DNA of 49,675 nucleotides from Octopus bimaculoides (taxonomy: Eukaryota): contig NC_068991.1 in NCBI RefSeq assembly GCF_001194135.2, positions 18,601,272-18,650,946 on the forward strand. Reading direction: 5' to 3'. Position numbers and translations under genes: made by a program. Each line of letters begins with the position of its first letter. Position 1 is the first letter of the stretch. This document shows positions 36,215 through 47,629 of the stretch, piece by piece. The notes under the pieces were generated by a model that searched no databases, was not told the origin of the DNA, and saw nothing but the letters and a program-made list of their open reading frames with translations.

Positions 36215-36646
36215 GAGTGGAATCTCGGTTTACGAACGCCTCTCATTACGAATAAATCAATTAACGAACAATTGATGCGGCTCTAAAAACTGGTTTTTAA
36301 AAGATATACTCGCTAATATTTTATGCAATTTGACTCCCAATACATATATACATACATACATACATACATACAGACAGACAGACGGACAGACAGACAGAAC
36401 ATAAAACGTCTCGCATGACGAACGGTGTCTCGAGTAAAACATGCAAAGCAGCAACAACGGTTGGTGACAAGCTGAGGGTATCTTCAAAAGAGCGTCAGCT
36501 GGTGTCTAACTTTTGCTCAGTGCATATCCCTGTTCGAATTGCCTTCTCATAAATTTCTTCTGGGAAAAGTAATTTCGGTTAATGTACATTTCAGATGAGG
36601 AACAGCCTTCAAGAATGAATTAAATTCGTAAACGGAGGATCCACTG
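36215..36646. mobile_element. pogo/Tigger-like MITE
   Basis: (G)AGTGGAATCTCGGTTTACGAA ... TTCGTAAACGGAGGATCCACTG|TA inverted ends with TA at the right end. Confidence 0.75.
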
Positions 36647-36857
36647 TATAAACGTATATTTACTGTTATAAAAGCGAAGGAAATCGCTGCGAAGCTGAAT
36701 ATAAAGAACAGGGTTGAATACTTAATATTTCTTTACACTCTGCACATCACATTCAAGGACCACAAATACAATTTCACTGGTGCCAGAATTAGGAATAGTT
36801 TGTAAACAAGTCTTAGAAACGGTAATCACAAAATCGAGAAATAAGATCGGGAACGAA

Positions 36858-37103
36858 ATTTGCTTAGGGGATGCAAATTTTTTTTCCAAACAAGGTTTTA
36901 TTGTTTTTTATTTTTTAATTTTGTTATTTTGTTCTTTGTTCTTTGAGAAGAAGCCTAACTTCGAGTTAAGTTTTACAGATCACTTTTTATGCACTGTTTT
37001 CTAAACCTGAGAAAAATAAGTAGGGGTGCAAATTTTGATTTTGCACTCCACAAAAATCTAGGGGTGCGCTTGCATCCTTTGCATCCACTGTTTCCGGGTC
37101 CAT
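36858..37103. mobile_element. Unclassified MITE-like insertion in the Penelope-like RT
   Basis: Repeated AGGGG(A/G)TGCAAAT motifs and terminal GGGGTGCGCTTGCATCC...GGGTCCATG; interrupts collinear RT codons. Confidence 0.5.
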
Positions 37104-37335
37104 GCTTTCACAACATGGTGCGACGAGTTCGAAAACAAACAAAACTGCAAATTTACGCAGTTTGATATCGCTGCCTTTTACCTCTCATTCACCATGCCCG
37201 TCCCTTTACCAAAGCTACAGATATCCAATCAATGAATCCGACATCAGAGTAAATATGCATGCAAGAAATCTTCTGTTTCTTTGATAACCTCACCTGGGTC
37301 AAACAGAAAGAAGATTAGTCATTTGATGTATGTAT

Positions 37336-37735
37336 ACTCCTTACTCTTTTACTCTTTTACTTGTTTCAGTCATTTGACTGTGGCCATGCTGGAGTACCGC
37401 CTTTAGTCGAGCAAATCGACCCCGGGACTTATTCTGTGTAAGCCTAGTACTTACTCTATCGGTCACTTTTGCCGAACCGCTAAGTGACGGGGACATAAGC
37501 ACACCAGCATCGGCTGTCAAGGGAGGACAAACACAGACACACAAACACACACGCATATATATATATATATACATATATACAACGGTCTTCTTTTAGTTTC
37601 CGTCTACCAAATCCACTCACAAGGCTTTGGTCGGCCCGAGGCTATAGTAGAAGACTCTTGCCCAAGATGCCACGCAGTGGGACTGCACCCGGAACCATGT
37701 GGTTGGTAAGCAAGCTACTTACCACACAACCACTC
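37336..37735 (-). mobile_element. SINE family A, young near-full copy inserted in the Penelope-like RT
   Basis: As 2141-2550; sits between the SFDV and ELIKPYIL segments. Confidence 0.9.
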
Positions 37736-38095
37736 ATGAACTCATAAAGCCTTACATTCTAGACCGCTCGAAAAAATATCCGCAGCCATGAGAAGAATTT
37801 ATAGGTACGACAGGGTTCTTGATATTGGGAAAAAATGAGTGGAAATGCGCTTGATAGTATTAGAAAAGATTTAATGAAACTACCTAATGGAATAGGATTA
37901 TGAATTTAATCTCAAATCTAATCTTACCACTTTTTTTTTTTGAATACCAATACAAATTTTCAAACTTGCCATATGCTGAACGAAATGTTTCACATAAATA
38001 TAGATTCCAATCACTTGGCTAATATTTTATGCAATTTGATTCCCAATACATACATACATACATACATACATACATACAAACATACACACGTACGT

Positions 38096-38132
<37 letters not shown>

Positions 38133-40059
38133 TTGTGTGTATGTATTATCTGCTGATGGGATTACTTGTAGAGGTGCGTCTCAGTATCAGACGCGGTTCT
38201 AAAAACTGGTTTTTAAAAGATATACACGCTGAATATTAAAGACCCAAGAAATAAGAGAAAAAAAAAAACTCGGTATTTTATGGTATAACTCTATTTTCAA
38301 CTTAGATGTAAAGACTAACATAGCAAAGAGTTCCTGAAGCTAATCTTCCACCGTTTCCCAGTAAACCGCAGGTCTCTCAAGATCTTCAACAAGGACTTCA
38401 TTAAAGGAAGTTACTCTGTATACAAAAATTTCGAATTCGAAGCCACAGCCTTAAAAGGTCTGCAGATGATAACAGCCGAAATTGAAATCCCGCACCATCT
38501 TTTAACTACTAATTGTTGTGGTTTACTTATGTTAAAGTGCACTTAAATGGCAACTCTCCTTCGAAGTTTTACTTCAGACTAACCGGACATTCTTTCGAAA
38601 TAAGTTTCTACCGCCATGGATATACTTTTCCTAATTTTCAAACTCATAGTGATCGCTTTAATGACGTATATCTTAGATAACCGACTACACGCATAATATC
38701 ACTTGGTCCATCTTGAACTATTCTCATCAATAACGCCCTCCATTGCCTCACTGACAATATGCTTATCGAACAGCAAAATTCTAACTGCTTGCACCTCAGG
38801 CCAGAATTCTTATAGTCATGTAGACACGCGCCACAATATATATATTTTAAAGCATTATAAACAACATTAGTACTCAAGTATTATTTTTTGCTTTCAATAG
38901 GTTAAAATGCTATTAGTCATCGCAGTTATCTAAGAGTTACAGGCTCTTTCGGAAGAGCCTGTGCTATTTCCGGTTATTTCTTACATTCACGCAAATAATG
39001 CTTCATCGCTTTGTTAGCATATTTTTCCTGTGTGTGTATGTGTGTGCGGAACACACTTCTTTTAACACTTAATTTATCACTCACCGCTTGATTTGTCTTA
39101 ACTGATTTATTCATTCATTATTCATCTAACTTAATTCATTACTCTATTCGTTCGTTCGTTTTTATATTGTAACTTACTTAATTCATCTTGGTTTTTACCA
39201 TCAATTTACATTCGAACGGGTATTCATAAGAACAAAGAGGCGTGCCTGCAAGATTCAATATGCATAAGTGTGCGTGTATGTGTGTGTTGTGTGTGTGTCT
39301 GTGTGCGTTTGTGGATAAATGTGACCAGGAAGACATACAAGTGAGCGCACAAACAAGTGTAATCAAACGTAGATGTGAAAATACATGAATATGGATGACA
39401 TGAATATACGTAAATGGTCGTACATGCTGGCATGATATGCGCAGATGTGCATTGACAGCACATATAAGTGAACATTCGTGCCTATTCCACAAAACTGCGT
39501 GCGTGCGTGTGTGTATTCCTTTTAGTTTCAATGTATACAGTAGACGGATATATGTGTCTATATAAGCGTGCAACAGCATGCATCTGTATGGACATTTATG
39601 TTTATACAGATGTTTATATGGTATGTATGTAAGTATGCACACACACACACTCACACACACACACACACACATGAAAGTCAAATAAGTGTAAGCATATTGA
39701 CGTTCATATAAGCTTGTAAATTGATGCATGTCAGCGTGAGCACATGCATGTTTGTGCATGTCTCATTCCAATGTGTGCTTGTGCATGTGTGCTTGCGGCG
39801 GCGTGAATATCTGTACACCTACGTTTACATATACCCACAGGTATATATATGTGAGACCAGAATGGGAAATGTCACAAGAAAAGTTAACTCCCGTCCCCTC
39901 AAACTAACGATGAACTGTGTAAATCGTCCTCCTAAAAGTAAAATTTTTACCTTAATTACTTTGCTCTCTCTCCATTCTAATCAGAGGTGAATATTCAAAC
40001 AAACTAATAGACAAGGCATAGAACAATACAAAACAATAAACAATGCAACAAATACATCT

Positions 40060-40780
40060 AGAACTGCACTTATTTAAAGTACACAAATCCCGCATAATGA
40101 GTACGACCTGAATCAAATGCATACTAACATTAGCACTGATGAACTGTGAAAAAAAATCATGAAAAACAATACAAATGCACTCTATCAAATCGTAAACTAA
40201 CACTGACAATATACTACAAAAACACTAGAATTTAAAATCCTCAACAGACCACATATAATTCCGTGAACAAGCTACTAATGACCAATATCATTTATAAGTA
40301 TGATTACTAACTTGTAAGTTGCAAACTTCACGACTCCAACTGTTATATAGTACAATATTCTACAGCTAACTCATTGTGCATTTGGAGCAAGAGTAACTGT
40401 AATGCAATACACTAAGCAATATAAACAAAATTGGATGGTAAAACCTTAGAAGACAATATATGTATACTTTAGAGAATTCCTCACAAAAACAGACAATTAT
40501 TGAAACAATATACATAGCACAACAGGATGCTGTGTATTTTGTTTCAATAATACTCAGAACACCCTGCTGAGTATTGTTTCTATAAACGCAACCCAAACTA
40601 ATCACCAACTAAAATAGACATCAGAAAGATATGACATACACCTCATGTTAAAATTTAAATTCCACTTGTAAAGTCTACACCAATCACATCGACTCTGCAC
40701 ATTATAAAGCGGCAGTAACACACACCAGCATCATTTCATTCTGAAGATGACTGTGAAAGCCTAGAAAAGTTGATGTGCGG
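40060..40780 (+). mobile_element. Second Penelope-like remnant (GIY-YIG region) with a decayed hammerhead-like 3' motif
   Basis: NQMHTNISTDEL*KKIMKNN (40111), KLTLTIYYKNTRI, TNIIYKY..CYIVQ, TLEDNICIL, IIETIYI; CTGAAGA-TGACTGTGAAAGCCTA-GAAA at 40741. Confidence 0.6.
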
Positions 40781-41014
40781 GTAGGGTGCGGTTTAGGTAC
40801 TTTACTTTTTCAAAGATACTGCAAAGAATTGCTAGGAAAGAAAAAAAAGTTCCTGAATATATCACGAGAATATTGGAACTACACTACAACAGACTCTCTC
40901 TCTCTCTCTCTCGTGTGCGCGTATATATATATGTGTGTGTGTGTGTGTATTTGTGTGTGTGTGTATTTGTGTGTGTGTGTGTTTATATATGTTTATATAT
41001 ATATATATATTCCT

Positions 41015-41385
41015 TTATTTTTTTACTTGTTTCAGTCAGTTGATTGCGGCCTGCTGGAGCACCGTCTTAAAGGGTTTTAGTCGAAGAAATCAACCCCAGG
41101 ACTTATTCACTGTAAGCCTAGTACTTATTCTATCGGACTCTTCTGCCGAACTGCTAAGTTACAGAGACGTAAACATACCAACGTCGGTTGTCAAGTGATG
41201 GTGGGGAGTACACACACACATATATATATAAAACGGACTTCTTTCGGTTTCCGTCGACCAAAGCCACCCACAAAACTTTGGTCGACTTGTGGCTATAGTA
41301 AAAGACATTTGCCCAAGATGCCACGCAATATGACTGAGCCCGGAACCATGTGGTTGGGAAGCAAGCTTCTTACCACACAGACACA
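41015..41385 (-). mobile_element. SINE family A near-full copy
   Basis: TTTTACTTGTTTCAGTC...GCCCAAGATGCCACGC...CTTACCACACAG. Confidence 0.85.
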
Positions 41386-41584
41386 TTTGTAACGTAGGTT
41401 TTATATACAAAATTATATTTTTTCCCCTTCTAATATTGGGTCTGAAATTCGACCTCGCAGCACATCTAATTGGATCATTGACATTTGTCACTGGTACAAT
41501 GAGTTGCTCGCATTAACAATTGTTAGATACCAGAATAATCTTGGTATAATGTCTGTTTGTTTTTTTATTATTTATTTATTTATT

Positions 41585-42040
41585 TTTACGACTGGCACCC
41601 ATGCCAACGTCGTCTCCTTTATTGGACACGAAACTCAGCTTGCGAAGACTTATTGGGGCAAGCGAAAGCGAAATCGGGATGGCACCTGTGCCCAGCGTCG
41701 CCTTTCTGGCACTTGTGCCCGCAGCACGTATAAGGACTTTCGAGCGAGATCGTTGCCAGTGCCCCTGTTCTGGCTCTGGTGCGGGTGGCACATAAAATAC
41801 ACCATTTTGAGCGTGGCCGTTGCCAGTACCTCTTGACTGGCCTTCGTGCGGGTGACACGTAAAAGAACCTACTACACTCTCAGAGTGGTTGGCGTTAGGA
41901 AGGGCATCCAGCTGTAGAAACTCTGCCAAAATCAGATTGGAGCCTGGTGTAGCCTTCGGGTTCCACCAGTCCTCAGTCAAATCGTCCAACCCATGCTAGC
42001 ATGGAAAGCAGACGTTAAACGATGATGATGATGAAGATGA
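41585..42040 (+). mobile_element. Family C young subfamily (RTE/Ceph-like), no tRNA head visible, (GAT)n tail
   Basis: GTGGTTGGCGTTAGGAAGGGCATCCAGCTGTAGAAAC...CCATGCTAGCATGGAAAGCAGACGTTAAACGATGATG. Confidence 0.9.
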
Positions 42041-42440
42041 TTTAATTATTTTTACCTGCCTTCGCTTAACTGTACTTGGTGTTATGAGAACATCGAGTAC
42101 AGGATTAACATCTTGCGTCATTGAAAAGGTTTAACAGTTTCATTTAAAATCTTGATTGTGTTCATGAAGGAAATTTAAAATTATTCTCTTTCACATTGAC
42201 AGACTATCTCTCCCTCTTTTACACAAACGCACACACACACAGATATTAAACATCTCCCCCGTCCACGTACACACACACACGCACTTGTATACGTAATACT
42301 TTTTTTCACATACGTACATTGATAATTACACAATTTTTTTTTTTTAGTGTATTTGTCCCCTTATTTACATAAATATATCATTTGCCCTAATTCTGGTGTA
42401 GCTTTAAAAATGTATTTATAACTGAAATCATTAACTCACT

Positions 42441-43099
42441 NNNNNNNNNNNNNNNNNNNNNNNNNNNNNNNNNNNNNNNNNNNNNNNNNNNNNNNNNNNN
42501 NNNNNNNNNNNNNNNNNNNNNNNNNNNNNNNNNNNNNNNNNNNNNNNNNNNNNNNNNNNNNNNNNNNNNNNNNNNNNNNNNNNNNNNNNNNNNNNNNNNN
42601 NNNNNNNNNNNNNNNNNNNNNNNNNNNNNNNNNNNNNNNNNNNNNNNNNNNNNNNNNNNNNNNNNNNNNNNNNNNNNNNNNNNNNNNNNNNNNNNNNNNN
42701 NNNNNNNNNNNNNNNNNNNNNNNNNNNNNNNNNNNNNNNNNNNNNNNNNNNNNNNNNNNNNNNNNNNNNNNNNNNNNNNNNNNNNNNNNNNNNNNNNNNN
42801 NNNNNNNNNNNNNNNNNNNNNNNNNNNNNNNNNNNNNNNNNNNNNNNNNNNNNNNNNNNNNNNNNNNNNNNNNNNNNNNNNNNNNNNNNNNNNNNNNNNN
42901 NNNNNNNNNNNNNNNNNNNNNNNNNNNNNNNNNNNNNNNNNNNNNNNNNNNNNNNNNNNNNNNNNNNNNNNNNNNNNNNNNNNNNNNNNNNNNNNNNNNN
43001 NNNNNNNNNNNNNNNNNNNNNNNNNNNNNNNNNNNNNNNNNNNNNNNNNNNNNNNNNNNNNNNNNNNNNNNNNNNNNNNNNNNNNNNNNNNNNNNNNNN
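42441..43099. other. Assembly gap (N run)
   Basis: N bases. Confidence 1.
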
Positions 43100-43184
43100 C
43101 TTCTGTTAATTTAATTCATTTAATTTAATCAATTAAATTACACTTAATTTTGTTTTTTTTCTTTGTCTCTTTTCAGATCTAGTA

Positions 43185-43556
43185 ATGTCATTCACAAAAC
43201 AAGAGAAGTCATTTTGCATCCTAAAATACGCTAAAAATTCGTACAACGTTTACCAAGCAGGAACCCAACAGACGTTCTATTTTGAATTGGCATGCAAAAT
43301 TTATGAGGAGGGATGTTTGTGCCCTGCAAAGAGAACATGACGCCCCTCAACTTCCAGATTATCATCTGAAGTTGAGGGGCGTCATGCCTTCCAGCGCAGC
43401 CCCCAGAAATCAGTCAGAATAGCCAGTCGGGAACTTCAGCTCCCATCAACAACTGTTTGGCACGTCTTAAGGAGATGGCTGCAGTTCACACCATACAAAC
43501 TACAATTGGTTCAACGGTTGAAGGGCACTGATAAATCTATTCGCCATGAATTTTGC
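43185..43556 (+). pseudogene. Tc1/mariner transposase N-terminal (HTH) remnant, copy 1
   Basis: MSFTKQEKSFCILKYAK...; AFQRSPQKSVRIASRELQLPSTTVWHVLRRWLQFTPYKLQLVQRLK...RHEFC, with internal stops and deletions. Confidence 0.88.
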
Positions 43557-43947
43557 ACGGGCGCGTCCTGTTCTCTTTGCCGGGCACAAACACTCCCTCC
43601 TCCTAAAATTTTGCTTGCCAATTTAAAATGGAACGTCTGTCTGTCTGGTGCCCGCTTGGTAAACGTTGTATGAAATTTGCGTTGAACAGGTCTCATTGAC
43701 ACAGTTTTAGCGTATTCTAGGACGCAAAATGACTTTTCTTGTTTTGTGAATGACATTACTGGATCTGAAAAGAGAGAAAAAAAAAAAACAGAATTAAATT
43801 AAATTAAATTAATGAAATTAAAACTAAATTAATAGAAGAAAACTCGACACTTTTAGCTGTTAAATGGTACCAGTTCAATCATGCTTCCATTTGTAGTTCA
43901 TGATATAAAAGTTCTTAGAATGTGACATAGACTTTTGAAACACCCTG
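43557..43947 (-). mobile_element. Tc1/mariner 5' end, copy 2 (inverted), with TIR
   Basis: ORF 43756->: MSFTKQEKSFCVLEYAKTVSMRPVQRKF; terminus TA|CAGGGTGTTTCAAAAG on the minus strand. Confidence 0.88.
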
Positions 43948-43965
43948 TATAATGTGTGTGCGCGC

Positions 43966-44015
<50 letters not shown>

Positions 44016-44285
44016 AAGGCCACTATTCAATAAATTATTCAATACATGTACACACACACACACAAACAAACAAACAAACAAATAAACAAACATTATATAC
44101 ATGGTGTCTTATAAAAAGCAGGATGGTCATAAGCGGAATGCGTTGATTCATAGGTATTTGATCAACCAAGGCCGACCTGGTTTTAATATACCAACATAAA
44201 TGTATATAAGTGGTTGTATGCATGACGCATCATTTTCGTGACATGAAGTCTTGCTCCATACATATTATGTATGTATGTATGTATG

Positions 44286-44316
<31 letters not shown>

Positions 44317-44820
44317 GTATGTATGTATGTATATATACATACAGAAACACACATATATATGCGTAGGTATGCATATTTTGACGACCACACCTGTAAAGAC
44401 ACACGCTTTTGACGAACACACCTGCAAAGATACACGCTTATACACACACACACACACACACACACAGAAACGTACCCTCCTGCATATATGCACATGTGTA
44501 TATAGGCACTTGTACGTGGCTTTTATGTGCTCTATACATGTAAATATAATTGCATAGTTATATTCTGAAACACACTGTTATAGAATTAAATGCACGCAAA
44601 GCGGATAATTACATAAACGCCGTAGCTTGTAAAAATCTTTTGGCGTCGAATAATCATATTAACTGCCTGATTAGGCTCTAGCACAATATTACGGAAGATA
44701 CTGTCACCACTTTCGTAGACAGGATAAGGGGTTTTAAAAGGTTCCTTGCTGCCGTTGAGTAATTCGATCATCTGCCCTTTGCTGATACAAGCCTCACTCG
44801 GAGAAGATTGTAACTTAGAG

Positions 44821-45239
44821 CACGGTGCCCCAACCACTGAGCCGTGGATCATAGAGTACAGGGCAGCACAGAAAGAGTAAATAAAAAAATTTTTCGATTT
44901 TATTATCGAAATATCTTGTAAACTATCGCAGTCTGCAAGGTGTTTTCCATTATATATGTAGGCGCGAGTGGAGGCGCAATGGCCCAGTGATTAGGGCAGC
45001 GGACACGCGGTCTTAGGATCGGTTTATCAGTTAAGCAGATATGTCTATAATAGAATCAATGTATAATCAGGCAAACGGCTGATATTAGGTCAGATTATAA
45101 CTTTGTATATTTAAACAAAAGTGTTAATAGTTTTCCCACGGACCGGGAAATCACGCACATAGCACAAAAGTGCATAATATATAATTTGTCTTTCATGAAA
45201 CCGGCTTGTGGTGCAGAAAAAAATGCTAGGGGACCGCTG
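44821..45239. mobile_element. hAT/Charlie-like MITE
   Basis: CACGGTGCCCCAACC ... GCTAGGGGACCGCTG inverted ends; 8-bp imperfect TSD ACTTAGAG / AGATAGAG. Confidence 0.75.
44968..45025 (+). mobile_element. SINE family B head-only fragment inside the hAT MITE
   Basis: GTGGAGGCGCAATGGCCCAGTGATTAGGGCAGCGGACACGCGG. Confidence 0.8.
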
Positions 45240-45269
45240 AGATAGAGACAGGCAGAAGCAGAAGAGGCA

Positions 45270-45510
45270 ATCATTATCCTTGTCTAACGTCCACTTTTTC
45301 CTGCTTGCATGGGTTAGAAGGAGCTGGCTGAGGAAGATTTTCTACAGCCTGGTGCCCTTCCTGTCGTCAATCCTCACCTGTTTCCAAGCAAGGTAATTAT
45401 TTCTCTGTGGCGAAACCAGACGTATATTTCGCGAAAGACTGGAAATAAAAAATATCTCTTGTATGACAGCGATACCCGTTTACAATCTCCACATGATGTC
45501 AAGATAAAGG
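45270..45510 (-). mobile_element. Family F copy
   Basis: GTCCACTTTTTCCTGCTTGCATGGG...CCTCACCTGTTTCCAAGCAAGGTAAT...GATGTCAAGATAAAGG. Confidence 0.8.
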
Positions 45511-45783
45511 TACACACATACACACATTCACATACCACATCACAGACGCAAACACACACACACCACATCACACACGCAAATACCACATCACACACAAGCA
45601 CATGCATACACACACACACACGCACACACCCATACATATACCACATTACATTCACACACACGCACACATACACATGCACACACACACACGCACACGCACA
45701 CATACACGCACACACATACATACACACGCGCACATACACACACACGCGCACACATACATACACCATACTACACCACAAAAAAT

Positions 45784-46163
45784 NNNNNNNNNNNNNNNNN
45801 NNNNNNNNNNNNNNNNNNNNNNNNNNNNNNNNNNNNNNNNNNNNNNNNNNNNNNNNNNNNNNNNNNNNNNNNNNNNNNNNNNNNNNNNNNNNNNNNNNNN
45901 NNNNNNNNNNNNNNNNNNNNNNNNNNNNNNNNNNNNNNNNNNNNNNNNNNNNNNNNNNNNNNNNNNNNNNNNNNNNNNNNNNNNNNNNNNNNNNNNNNNN
46001 NNNNNNNNNNNNNNNNNNNNNNNNNNNNNNNNNNNNNNNNNNNNNNNNNNNNNNNNNNNNNNNNNNNNNNNNNNNNNNNNNNNNNNNNNNNNNNNNNNNN
46101 NNNNNNNNNNNNNNNNNNNNNNNNNNNNNNNNNNNNNNNNNNNNNNNNNNNNNNNNNNNNNNN
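45784..46163. other. Assembly gap (N run)
   Basis: N bases between CA-rich and TA/GA microsatellites. Confidence 1.
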
Positions 46164-46245
<82 letters not shown>

Positions 46246-46727
46246 GGAGACACACACGCACATAATGGCGCTGATTATGAATATCGACAATGTGACTGAA
46301 AGTAGGGATACTCCAAGAAACGTTCTACATACAAAATTCAAATACGGTGGGTTGGGTAATAAAAATGACTTCAAAAATTTCCATCAACGAAGATTACCCT
46401 TGCAGTTAGTGGTTAAAAACTTCCCTATGTTTAGAGTTATCTCCCATCGTTGTTCTTTTACATTTTAAGATGTAGGCGTTTTTGATTAGTAATTATATTT
46501 AATAGATAGTGAACGCTCCCTGACGCGGCTTCATTCAGCCCTGTTGTTGCTATTGTTTTGTGTGTATGGGCTATCATTGCAGTTCATTCATGTTTTTTTC
46601 CTCATTATTGATTCTTAGTAAACTCGCCCACTCTCGTTTTTGCAAACCTATCCTAGTATCTTAGTCCGTAGTCCTTGTGGCAAATTAACTAAAGAAAGAT
46701 ATTATTATTTCAAGGAAGAGGATACGT

Positions 46728-46965
46728 TAAGGGCGGTGGAATTGGTAGAAACGTTCGAACATCGGTGGGGTGAGGGGAGGAAAATCCCTTTCGGTATTCG
46801 ATCCGACTCTTTACATACCGAATTCAAATTCAGCAGAGATAAAATTTTATCTTTCATCTATTCAGGGCCGATAAAAAAAGAATTATTTGTCAAGTACTAG
46901 ATTCGATTAAATCAACCAATCTCCTTCATTCAAAATTGCTGGCCTGGTCCCTTAAATCGCAAAGG
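46728..46965 (+). mobile_element. SINE family E highly decayed copy
   Basis: AGGGCGGTGGAATTGGTAGAAACGTT...CGAATTCAAATTC...TCTTTCATCTATTCAGGGCCGATAAAA. Confidence 0.55.
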
Positions 46966-47144
46966 GGTACGGCTTAGTGTTTAAGGGAACAATTCTCAAA
47001 AGAGGTCCACATAAAATTTTGTTTTTTTAAAATTTATGTGTAATAAATCATTTGTATTTCTACAGTACAAAAATATTTTAACACTTTTTTTAAAATACAA
47101 TTCGTAATATCTTTAATTCTCTTATTCTTTTAATCAATTAATCC

Positions 47145-47353
47145 ACTTCATTTGACTGCGGCCATGCTGGAGCACCACCCTGAAAGGTTTTAGTCGAACA
47201 AATCAAATCGAAGACTTATTTTTTAATAAAACCTAGCACTTATTCTATCGGTCTTTATGCCAAACTGCTAAGTTATCGGGACATAAACACACCAGTACCG
47301 GTTGTTAAGCGGTGATAGGAGACAAACAGACACAACGACACACACACACATAC

Positions 47354-47403
<50 letters not shown>

Positions 47404-47558
47404 GGCTTCTTTCAGTTTCCGTCTACCAAATCCACTCACAAGGCTTTGGTTGGCCCGAGACTATTGTAGAAGACACTTACCCAAGGTGCCACGTAGTGGG
47501 ACTGAACCTGAACCTTGTAGTTGGGAACCAAGCTTCTTACCACACAGCCACGACTGCA
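47145..47558 (-). mobile_element. SINE family A near-full copy
   Basis: TTTGACTGCGGCCATGCTGGAGCACC...CTTCTTTCAGTTTCCGTCTACC...CACACAGCCAC. Confidence 0.88.
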
Positions 47559-47629
47559 CGAGTTTTAAAACATCGAATGGTTATGAGGATACAGCTGAGT
47601 AAAATATAAATCAAAGGAGTCCACAGAAA

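Larger units (their letters stand above)
34020..38860 (+). mobile_element. Fragmented, decayed Penelope-like retroelement (reverse transcriptase + GIY-YIG endonuclease)
   Basis: Collinear frameshifted motifs: LNTLSTKK (about 34030), FGIRTN..IVKFRRI (35560-35665), SADKTKDLY (about 35745), KAKEIAAKLNI..ITFKDHK (36668-36770), ELGIVCKQVLE, KQNCKFTQFDIAAFY (FDI 37161), MHARNLLF, YRYD (37800, YRDD-like), SGNALDSIRKDL, INIDSNHLANI, WYN..VKTNIAK/EFLKLI..KIFNKDFIKGSYS (38281), YFRLTGHSF (38570), NITWSIL, SCRH, stop 38858-38860. Confidence 0.85.

Noticed and set aside
41576-41989. 137-aa ORF and similar ORFs at 13768-14220
   Set aside because: Antisense or other-frame readings of the non-coding family C element; not RT-like
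44586-44852. 88-aa minus-strand ORF in unique sequence
   Set aside because: The start codon lies inside the hAT MITE and I recognise no domain; a BLAST search could still rescue it
6474-46468. Long ORFs of 150-409 aa containing X runs
   Set aside because: They stay open only because they cross N gaps and flanking dinucleotide repeats
46640-46900. 86-aa ORF with a protein-like appearance
   Set aside because: Its 3' two-thirds is a decayed family E SINE
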